Of a DNA stretch of 64,000 nucleotides, positions 38,401-50,400 are shown one piece after another; the first letter of the stretch is position 1, and each line of letters begins with the position of its first letter. The stretch is from positions 62,001 to 126,000 of the forward strand of contig NMRA01000362.1 in the NCBI GenBank assembly GCA_002633005.1, in the 5' to 3' direction. Under the pieces are notes generated by a model. That model was given only the letters and a program-made list of their open reading frames with translations, was not told where the DNA came from and searched no databases. The stretch is from Phoronis australis. Lineage: Eukaryota; Animalia; Phoronida. A program made the position numbers and the translations under genes.

Positions 38401-41400
38401 GGGGCTAACTATAGGCTCTCCCGCGATATCCCAGGCGACCGGCTGTGGCGCTGCGCACTACGACTCTGTTTCCGTCGTCTGCTCCACTGTGCAATGAAGA
38501 AAATTACTCCATTTTTTAAAGAAAATGGAACCTGAGTGACGATGAAAAAACAGAAACTGCTGGTAAGATGTGAATTTTAATTGAAGCCTTAGTGAATCAC
38601 TCAGGAACTCATAATTCTCTAGTTGTCAGACCTTATTTTAAGACGATTTCCAAAGCAATCCCGTCATTATTGCCAACACGAAAAACCCCCCTCCCGACCT
38701 CCCCCTCCCCGCCCATTCGGTGCTATGCGCACCTACAATCGTGGTTTGCGCAAGTGCTTACACCCGGACAAAATGTTTGGCCCCCCTTGTGATATCCTAG
38801 ATTGGCCACTGACAAAGGAAACTAATTCTTAAAATTTAAAATTGTCACTAGACAGTAGGCCTATCCGTTGGAGCGTTAATAGGAATACACTTACGAAATT
38901 TCACAAAGCTCCTGCGAAGGGTTTATGAATTTCAAGTGTGGACGCAACTGCCATTGCGGAGGGAGGATCTGAGATTAATGTCAGTCATGTTCTTTTAGTA
39001 GCACATCTATCAATTTTCGTGATCGTTTGAGCGTTTTGCAGATAAAGACGCTGGGGTCAAAAATGCACACAGAAATCCTACAAGTGTCCACCAGTGTCAA
39101 GAATAAGTCTTTCCAACCGAAATCGGAAAGGCACCGTCGCCTCCTTCATAGATTTCTATTTGCCAAATTTCATCAAAATACGCCAATGAACTAAGCGACC
39201 ACATGTCCATTCAACACAACAACACTACTGTTCATAACCATCATTTGTCAAAAATCAACTAATTCTGAAACTCTGTAAAGTATGAAGTTTGTGCTTACCT
39301 AAATTGCTGTTCCAAGTATTCGGAAACCTCGTGCGGACCTTAAAATATAAATTCTCTAACTTTAATTCGGTCCAACTAATGAACCAACGGCAACCTGTAT
39401 TGTACACTTGTCCCAATGACAATACAACACGCTTACACTGGACCAGGAAGACATTACTGTCTCCCTGAATGGACGTATATTAGTAGTGCGGACTGGATGT
39501 TGTACTGCCTTTGAGCCCAACTGTGCAAGCGAATATAAGGCATTTGAGAAGTTAATCAGATATGGTGGGAATTGTGGCCAAATGACGAAAAAATGAGACG
39601 ATATTTAAGGGTGTATGTCTCAAGGTCACATGTCGAGCTTCTCGTTTCGCCTGTTCCAAGCAGGTCACCTATTACATGTATTTAATACTTTAGAAAGGGA
39701 GCCGTTTTTACTGCCAATTTCATGAAATTAATGTTTTTGGTTATTCTAAATACATGTAGAAACTTAATAAAGCCGTCGAGTGAACGGGCAACACAGCATT
39801 TGGACAAGACAATAAGACGTAAGAGCAAGGCAGGGCATCTAGTACTTAATACTTTCGAAAGGGGACATTTTTACTGACAATTTCATGAAATTGATGTTTT
39901 TGGTTATTTTGAATAAAAACTTAACGTGAACGGGCAACGGAGCATTCTTGACACGGACGAGACAACAAGACTCAAGAGAAAGACAAATAACGGTCGAATT
40001 TTTACCTTTACCTAGTGGACGTACGCAGATTAGCATCTCACTACACGCGTGGGTGCGTGAATATCTAAAACAACGGACAACATTTCCAACAGAACATACG
40101 TGTACTTCAAATTGCATCGTACCGACGACATTTGCTACACATCGTAAGCTTACCATTTTCAATTTTAGTCGAAATAGCCTTTGAAACGTAGAAGTTTCGT
40201 ACGAGAAAAGAACTTGCTCACACTGAAGCATGAAAATCAAGAAGGGAACAATTTTCAATAAAATGCGGTTGAATCGCACAAACGCTGACAATGTATGCCC
40301 GCGCGGCATTTCATCAGCATCCTTTTAAGCGAAATTTGGCAGCACTCCGCTAAGAAATATTGGAATATTATTATCAGCGCAGACATATGGTGAGCCATGA
40401 ACAAACGGCCGCAATGACGTTTGGTTTTGCATCTTTTCAATGTCTCATCTGGTGGTAAGCCTAAAGGCAGTATACAGCGCCACCTTTAGCTCAAAAAGCA
40501 AAATACATTTAAAATGGCTAATGCCTGAGGATATACACTGTGCATATCTCCCGTCCATAAGCCTGAGATTATCACAGGATGAAAATACTAGAACTACGAC
40601 CCATGGCCCACTCACCGTGTCGTTCACATAGGTCACAGTGTCAGCCGCGTTAGCAACCCCTGGTGTCTGAACTTGTAGTTTGTCATTTGGTCGGCTGCTT
40701 CATCCAAAAATTAAAAAGAGACATAATCTGAACATAGTTTGACTTCACTGGAAGGTACGCATGACAATCATTCAACGAGACAACGAGGATGGGTGCGAAT
40801 AACAAATTCAGATAACTGACATTGTTTTCATGTCGTCAAAATTTACGACCTGTTAGTTTTTGCTCACTGAGTTCAGAGGTGATTTCTGAGTTGCAAAGAA
40901 CAGACATTTCGTTATTAGTGGAGACCATTCTCGGCGGACAATGGCATGTCGTGACAAGCCAGCTTGTAAAGTCTCCCAAGCAAAGACGATTTGTCAGTTC
41001 CTTCAAAGCCCAGAACGAATATCCAGTTTAAGCAAGGTAGGTGGTTTAAAAGGTCGCTTTTCGTGACGGAAGATGATTGACAGCCACTAAACCGAAAAGT
41101 ATCAACCCAAGTTACCACAGAAACAACTGTCCATCTGTAGCCACAGTTGTCCCAAGTCGGGACGCAAGGTCACACTACAGGCGTCTTCGGCTTCTGATCG
41201 TCCCCACTACACTATACATAGTAGTGTCAGAAAGAGATAACCACCCTGGTTAACTCTTCCTGGTATTATGTATTAATTGTATTAAGGACGATCAGGAGCT
41301 GAGGACGCTTTTGGGTCACACAAGGCTGGAACATCAAGCAATTTGAACAAGTTCTTTACACACCAGGTGTTGAAAGCAATAAAACAAGTACGTTGACGAT

Positions 41401-44400
41401 TAAAAAAGTAAGAAAATGCAGTGAACAGTCTCTTACCTGTTTCCTCCAGTACAAGGTAGCAGGATGGTTCCTCTTCTTATCAGCATAACCAGAAGTACAA
41501 TCAGCACAATTTCCAGCACAAACACTGAGATAACGACGCCGGCAACTTCAGCACCTGTCAAGCCTTGGTGTGGACAGGGAACTAGAAATATAGTTCAGAT
41601 CTATTCCTGAAAAACCTTAGTTGCAAAATATAACTACGGTGACGCATGTGCAAGCTCGGTGGGTTTTGGCAGCACTAGATGAAGTAGCAACGTGGGTTCG
41701 TATGAAGTTTAAACCCAGGAAGTCGAGACTTCTGATAATGAGAGGTGGGAAAGTAGTCAACAGATTTACCTTGACCATTCAAGGCGAAGAAATTCCATCA
41801 ATTGTTAATAACCCCATCAATTGTTAATAATCCCATCAAGTGCCTAGGTAAGTGGTACGATGATCTCCTGTGCGACAAGAACAACATCAACCAGATGGAG
41901 ACCCAGGTGACGGAGTGGTTGAAGAGAATAGAGAAATGCGGTCTTCCTGGCAAGTACAAGGCATGGATTTGCCAGCACGGGCTGTTACCTCGAGCAACGT
42001 GGGGTCTAATGCTGTACGACATCCCGATATTGGCGGTAGAGTGCTTGGAGAGAGCAGTAAGCAAATGGCTGAGGAAGTGGTTGGGAGTCCCAAGAAGCTT
42101 CACACAGGTTGGCCTTTATAGCAGAGCAGCAGAGCTTCAGCTGCCTCTAGCAGCAATCACGGAGGAGTTTAAAGTAGGAAAGTGCAGGCTGGTTCTCACA
42201 TTACGTGACTCTAGAGATCCAAAGGTGAGGGATGCTGGCGTCATGACAAGATCAAGGAGACGGTGGTCAGCAGACACATCTGTGAGCCAGGCGGAGAGTT
42301 TGTTACAGATCAGAAATATAATTGGTAGCACCTGTGTAGGACGCCAGGGGTTGTGGACATCGCAGTTCCAGCAGTGGGAGAAAGCAAGTGAGAGGCAGCG
42401 GAGGGAGATGGTCCAAGCTGAGGTGAGAGCAGCGGAGGAGGAAGCCCGTAAAGCCAAGGCAGTCCAACTAAGCCAGCAGGGAGCATGGACCAGGTGGAAC
42501 CTTCCAGAGAGGAAAATATCGTGGGCAGACGTTTGGAGTATGGAGCCGATGTGTGTCCAGTTTTTACTTCGCTCAGTTTACGACGTGTTACCATCGCCTG
42601 CAAACCTTCTTCGCTGGGGCCTAGTGGATGACCCAGCCTGCCAGTTTTGCGGAGGAAGAGGTACATTGGCCCACATCTTATCAGGGTGCAAGATGGCACT
42701 ACAGAAGGGCCGATACAGATGGCGTCATGACCAAGTATTGAAGACCCTTGCAGACATCATAGATGGAGAGCGTAAGACAAGAGTAACTCAGCCTAGGGCA
42801 AGCAGACAGCACATACAATTCGTCAGGGAAGGTGAGATACGGAAGAAGTCACGTCAGCAGCCTTGCATCCTGGATGGAGTAAGCTGGGAAATGAGAGTAG
42901 ATCTGGGAAGAAAGCTTGTGTTCCCGAGTATTGTGGAAACATCACTTCGGCCTGACATCATTCTGTGGTCGGACATTCATCAATTTATAGTGATTATAGA
43001 GCTTACGGTGCCTTGGGAGGAAGGATGCGAAGAGGCCCATTAGAGGAAATTATCTAAGTATAGCGAGCTGGCGGAGACATGTAGAGCTCGGGGCTGGCGA
43101 ACTTGGTTGTTTCCTGTAGAGGTGGGATGTAGAGGATTCCCTGCAAGATCTGTATGGTGGTTGCTGGAGAAGCTTGGTGTGCGAGGTGGAAGAAAGAAAG
43201 CTGCAGTGAGAAGAATGGGCGAGACAGCTGAGAGGACATCTTGTTGGCTGTGGTACCGTCGGAATGAAGGAAGTTGGAGGCCTCAGTGATGCACAGTGGG
43301 TTGGCCGCCACTGTAGACCCACCAGTGGAGACCGTTATGGTTTAGGGCCGAAACGAGTCGAGGAAGCTGGAGGCCATCTGACGACATCAAGCTACGCCTC
43401 CAACTAGTTAGTGTACGGCGGGTAGAAGAGAATCCTGGTTTAGCTGTTACGAAGAAGGGGCGACAAGACGTCAGACTGCATAGAAGCCTGACAACTATTG
43501 AGGCAGATACCATCACTCTAAGTACACACATCGACATACGTACACTTTGTTAAAGGGTCTAAAGCATGTTTTAGCCTTTTGAAACTGAGTACGACAAGAC
43601 TTCTTTAATGTATGAAACAAAATGATGCTCCGTAAACATCCTCAACTATCAGTATTTTGAACGGCTGTGTGTGTGCTTTTATACAGTCGGCAATGCTATA
43701 CTACCAGTTGTGCAGCAGACTTATAAGCCGGGAACCTCTTTTTATTTCAATATGTTTTACAAAGATACATGTTTTTAACTATATGTAGTTAATGGGTTCA
43801 CCGCCGTCAACAAATTATGTTTCGTATTTAGATAAAATGCCAGTACAAACAGTTTATCGTTCATCTATTTATACATCTCAATACTACTATACAGACAGGG
43901 CAGAATATACTGTTTAAAAAAATGATTTGGAAATTGAAACTTGTAGTTTTCACGATCTGGATACAAGTGCCAGTTGCAAATTGCCTCAAGAACACCTATA
44001 TGAAAACATAACGGCACAATGACACAGCTGCACCTGTTATTCCACACACTTCCTTCACATTACGAGCACAAATCACCAAATAATGTATTTTAGCAACTTG
44101 GAATTTTCTTGAAACACATCGCCACTCGATGATTTAGATTGTCTACAAATAATGGAGATCACGGTAAGATGGCCACTACTAAGTCTGATTGGATTTCTGT
44201 GTTTGACCAGTGGTCCCGTTGGCTCAGTGGCGAGAGCATCTGCACGGTTAGCAGAAGGCCCTGGGTTCGTGTCCCGGTCGGAGCAGAAATCTTTTAGGAC
44301 TTATATTCATTAGGTCACGTGATGTGACCAAAAAGATGGCGTGCTGTTTACAGTCTTCATATTGTAATATGTTTACGGTGTGTATGCATTCAAGCCACAG

Positions 44401-47400
44401 CATTGGGCAGGCAAAGCGGCTAACGGGTGTGGTGTCCAAATGTGCATCGAGTTAACTTAACAGTTGATAAACGATGCGTTTGTGATTTGCTGGTCAATAG
44501 CTAATTTGAAAGAAAAAGTTTGTGTCGACTCTGGCATGCGGGCGACAAGGTGAAAATACTTGCTTTGCTGCAGTGTGCGGTTCCTCATGAAGAACCAAGA
44601 ACTGCATGGAACAGTCGTGACCTGAAATTCTAATTCTTCTGCCAATTCAATGTCACATTCAAATCATTTCTGGTGAAGCGTTTTGAGTGTCATATTCATA
44701 CAAAAAAAGGATGCAATACATGGTAATGGAATAAAGTGCCACACAGATTTCAGGTAACCTAGGAGATGCCAGGTATTAACTTTACTCGAAGGTACCCAGC
44801 CTTTGTGTTAAATGAACTTTAAACCATTTACAACCCAATTACCTGCAGTCTGATCCAAAACAGTCATGGTTGAAACTAAAACGAAACATGGCAAATCGTA
44901 TTTGAGCAATTCGGTTGATGTCATGGCCAAATTACATATACTGCACAGCTTGGAGCGAAAAGTGGAAATTTACGATACGGCTTGTTAAACGTCGAGATGC
45001 AATTACCAGGTCACATGGGTATGTGGTTCCTGATGGAAGTTGAGAAACTACATGTAGTGCCACGTTTAATTATTGTCAAAATTAATTGTTAGAGGTATCC
45101 TGGAAGTCATAACCAAAAACCACTAAGGACGTGCGGGGAGTCACTCACACGCTATGCTGTTTTCTCAGAAATGCTATTTGACCTTAAGCAGCACGCTTGT
45201 AAATGAAAAATTAGTTAATGTTACGTTTGTACTTGAACATGTTCACATGCAACCTGTTTTATCAAAACTTCACACAACCAGGATAAGGTAGTCCTACGTC
45301 AGCCGTTAACGCGTTAAGGGAACGCGATGCTGTGCTTTCCCGACCTGAAAAGTATTAATATAGCGTCCAAAACTGAGACGGCACACAAATATAAATTGAC
45401 CTATCCCAAGCTATCCCATGTAGCTCAACGTCGACAAACAAAAATACGTTTTACCCGGCAACGTGTTCTTTGTCGGGTAAAATGGCGGCTTGGAAACGGA
45501 GGCGTGAAAGGAATGCTGCCTTCTGATTGGTCAGTTAAGCCGTCAACCAAAATCCTCGCGTTTGGTCAGATTCCCAATGACACTGGCATGTTCCCATACA
45601 TTACATTCCAGCCACTGTCAAGTCACACTGAAGCACCGTAAGTTATCACAAAAGCACCAGGTAAAGTTCCATCGATTAAAACCAGAACACTGATGACATC
45701 AATCCATCTACTTGTTCAACAATTTCAAAGACGGTGGCATATACTTGAAAATGACGTTAAACGATAATGTCCATACAGAAATAATCTGGAATACAATTTT
45801 CCGGAAAGCTACATACATGTATACTGGAAACACCTGAACGACATAGGCCTAATGAAATAATATTAAGTTGAGCTTACTCTCTTCAGAGGTCGTTGTGTCC
45901 ACGGATTGTGTCCGACTCGCTGGTTTTGCTATAAACAATATACACGAGAAATACATGCATTTATCAGTACAGCGTGTCTCTGAAACAGTGACAGTACGAT
46001 TTCAATAATTGCACGTCAAAATCCCGAAAATAGCAGGTAACGACAAAGATTCATCTAGCAAACTATAAACAATTAACAACAAGTACATTTAGCAGGGTGA
46101 CATTTCTCATTTCTGTGGACTTTAAGTTTACACATCAAAAGTTGGTTTTCCCACTTCTCCGAAATAAAATGCCGCGGCCTGAAAGATGATCACTTTCACG
46201 AATATTAGTATAATCGTTTCTCATGCGCGCACATTCAAAACCAATTGGGATAGGCAATTGAACATTTTGACATTACAAATTGTGAGATCCCTGCATGAAA
46301 ACAACTTGTGCAATTCCTCAATAAGTAACGGTTGGGGGTGTATCTCAGATGCTTTATTCTTTTCTACAATGAGTTTCAATTATCTATTGTTCTAAATAAA
46401 AATGTGTAGCCTAAGATCAAAGTATGTGTTAAGTGTTGAGTTCTTTTGATGAAACGGACCCCTGGGTTCTACCACCACAAATTTCGAGTTCTGCGATCAC
46501 CTACCCGCATCAACTCTAGACTTCGAGTCGAACGAAGACACTTACATGTACATGTAAGCAAGGGTAAGCAAAGTGTAGGAACGTCACGACTTGCCAAGTA
46601 AAGAGTAAAAACCAAGTTCCGCATCATTTTAATCGTTTAAAATGTGTTTCCTTTCTGGAAAAGTGAGCAACTAAAAATCACCATCGACTCTACTGTCAAA
46701 ACATAGAAACTATAAACAAGTATGCATTTTGTCCTACGTGTATTTATAAGATCAGAGCCATCACTGAACTCACAAAGAGTCGACTCCGATTTCTTACGTG
46801 TACCTGATCAAATCCAGAATCCTGATACCCTGATAATGAGATGGTACAGTGTCTACAATGAGTATTTAGTAGTAACTACAGTTAAGAATTGACCAAGTTC
46901 TTGATAGTTATTCATCATTTATGTCCTCCAACTAAACGTGAACACCAACCTGTAGCCCTGATGGTGACATGTATGGACGCTGTGTGCGTCACACCACGTA
47001 CAGTGTTTGACGCATTACACACGTAGACAATCTCAGATTCAGTGATTGTGAAAGAAAGGACCGGCCCGCTGATAACACTACTTCCGTTGACATGCTGGTA
47101 CCACTTGTATTCGTGAGGTGCGGGAATGGGAGGAGATGACGTGACACCACACGTCAAACTGACTTGATCATTGATGTAGTAATCAAAAGGTGAAGTACAC
47201 TGAGTGGTGGACGTCTTACATACTTTAATGTTAGCATTGGATACAGGCACAGGAGCTGGTTGATGAACGAGAACAGAGGAAACCGTGACACAGGCGCATT
47301 AAAGAAAAACGTATGATTATACATATCACGTTTGCACTTCCATTTGAATTTCCTGACATGAAACTCGTTGTAGGCTTAATGGGCTAGAACTACTTTGCCT

Positions 47401-50400
47401 TTAACGTTTTTGCTCTAAGCTATAGCCGTCGCATCTCGAATCTTTAATAGCAAACGATTCAATATCGTGGTTTATGCATAGAAACTGTGACCATTACATT
47501 TGAATTGAACCACGTTTCACTTTTTTAAAAATGTAGAGTCGTCTTCGCAGTGACGTCTCTACGACCGTCGGTCATAGCTTCGACCGAACCTTTCGACCTT
47601 TGTAAAAACGACGCCCTGCTTCTTAACCACGTTCAATTTAATTGAGATTTCCCCGTTCATTTAAGTTAATCTGATTTGTGGAAGGACTCCACAAAAAATC
47701 AGGATAGCAGGAAGTGTTGCACACAAAGTTCCCGTGAGAGTAATCATCTGCGCCATGAACTTTTTGCGTGAACACTTCTATCATAATTTGACAGGCAACT
47801 CATGTATTTCACTAAGTTCCGCAAATTTAGTTAGATACCCTTTACCAGTCTAAATATGTGAAACAAAAATTCCGACTCCAATTTTGCACATCGCCAGTGC
47901 TCAAACGTCACAAATTTGGAAGCCCCAGTTAGGCCTGTGGACATTGCCCTGCAGAAGTGACCTCCTATTGGTGATTGAAGCTACTGAGAACAGGCAAATA
48001 GGACGGAGTGCAGTTCGTGTAATGCTCCGTGAGCAAACTCTACGGGAGAGGTAAGATTTTTCATTTTCTATCATGAAGAGGTTAGGAATGAATTACTATA
48101 AGGTCAGGTTTTGAAAAGGTGCAATATGGCTGACACAGATTGCCAAACCTGCTCGAAAATGGCTTTAGCGAAAACCTGCAAAATACCTATAGCCGTTTTT
48201 GCCCCACAAAATCAAACCAAACAAATTTGAAAGTAATTTTTGAAAGTTATGCCATTAAACATTCAATCACGGCCCTTTAAAATCGTATCAGTCATTTGTT
48301 ATCAGCTAGATACACGTGTTAGTAAAATACATACAATAATGTCTACTTCAGCAAAATGTCATAAAAAGAGAAATAATGAATAAAAATTCTAAAAAAGGAA
48401 TGTTTCTACATCTCATCGAATTAAACTCATGTGCTAAGACTAAAAATTAAGTGATTTTTGGTTTTCAAACGGAGTCACGCTTAAATAGCAACTTACCAGT
48501 TGCATCTATGGCCTCAGTTTCAGCTGACAAAGTAGCCTGCCTGTTGTACACTTGACATCTGAACTGTACACCATCATCAGCTGTATCCAAGTTGACCGTC
48601 AGTGCGCTGGAGCCGCTAGTGGTTCCATCATTGTTCCTGGTGATAGTCGTGTTAACATTCTCTGTTATGTTTGTGTATGCACCGCTACCAATCCGACGTG
48701 ACCACACCATAGATGCCTGTGGTTTGCCCAAGTTGGCTGTACATGTGAGGACAATTGGTAATGCTCCACCAAGAATAGACGCCGGGGCTCCAGATATAGA
48801 TGGTGTGCTCGGGAGGACTGGGGAAACGTGCAATAGTCAGTCAAACGTTGAGCTTACATGTATACGTTCAATTGATGCTTAAGGGCCGCATTCACTCAGT
48901 AGTTTTATGGCAGGTGATAAATATTCGAAGTGTAGAAATAGGTGTACGTTATCAAGTGAGCGCAGACGATTCAGTCTGCAAAAATATGAAATCGTTTTCA
49001 AAACGTATTCACCAAGACACCCGAAGAATACTCAAGCACAGATAGGCCTATAGGTGTATGCTCTAAAATGTTTTCTCCTCTACATGTTTTGTTATGTTCT
49101 GCCTTCCCGATTGCCTTTACGTCAATCGGTACGAAAGTTTTGCCTTCATTTCTGTAAATTATTGAGGGGACAGATACACACAAGGTCCTTCCACAACTGC
49201 CATGCGTTTCATTAAAGGAAACTACCCCTTCTCCTCGCAAAGAAGTTCTCTCTACTGAGCGTACTAAGTGTTCCACAACATAACTTTGATATGATATATC
49301 CACGTATGACCTAAGCACGTGCAAATTTTAGAAATCTGTCCAATCTGAAATTTGCTTCTTCGCACTTCACGAGGACATTTCCACCATTCACCTTGTCCAA
49401 GCGCTAATCTTATTCACGTTTGTTAGTTCCATACAAGAGTCCCCTGTTTACATGTATGTAGAAACACACTGCTCAGCGCAAAGCACACTATGTTTCTGGT
49501 ATTGCTTTTCATAAACAGCTTAGTCGCGCAAATGATGTTTTTACTATTTCGGTAACGCAAAACCAAGCTAATGATGACAAAAGCAAAGTAACTTAGCTTC
49601 CTTGTTTCACATAATTAAACATCTTTAGTGAACGTAACGCCTTGCCATCCAACACAAGTTTAGTAACCACAAGTGGGACAACTACAAGTATCTGGACGTT
49701 TTTGGTCTTCAGTTTAGTGTACTCTCTCTCTCAGCACTTGTGATAACTTGACATACATGTAGAGTGATATTGTACCGAGTACTGCCAGCGTAGCAGTCGA
49801 TGGAACCACGCAATAGAGAGCCTTTTGAAAATGATCTATTGCATGGCAAACACTAACAAGTACAACACAAAGCCTTACATGTACTTACCATCCAACACAA
49901 GTTGAGTTACAACAGGTGGGACAGCTAGGTTGTAGTTTTTAGTAAACTGTACAGTGTACACTCCCTCATCACTTGTTGTAATTCCACTGAGAGTGATGGT
50001 GAACTGAGTCCTGCCAAAATAGTAGTTAGTAGAAGCGCGGGTTTCATAAGGTCCTGAAAATGATCCATTGGGGAAAAACAGGCCTTGAAGGAAGTTAGGT
50101 GCAGTAAACACATTCTGTGTGCCTTTATTCAGCTCAAAACTGTTGAAGGAATCACCACCACTCACTGTGTAGCTGATTTCAAATACAGCTGAGCCTCCTT
50201 TGACAGCGATGATCTCACTAGGAACATTCACATCAAGAGCTGCATCAACAACACCTGCAATAAAATGAACAACTTTCTGGGGGGTGTTCATCAGTGTGGT
50301 ATAATACATGCTCATACAAAACGAATTCTCCAAGAAAATGATATTTCACAAAAGTCTAAAAGTTTTGTAATTCAGCTGAAAGTGGATGCAATACATGTAT

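Noticed and set aside
38895-38911. 17-nt candidate micro-exon in the receptor (cgcag|...|gtaagt)
   Set aside because: Inclusion between the modelled exons breaks the frame into the SAM domain.
44212-44285. Functional tRNA gene
   Set aside because: Non-canonical anticodon loop and mismatched acceptor stem; kept only as a tRNA-like remnant.
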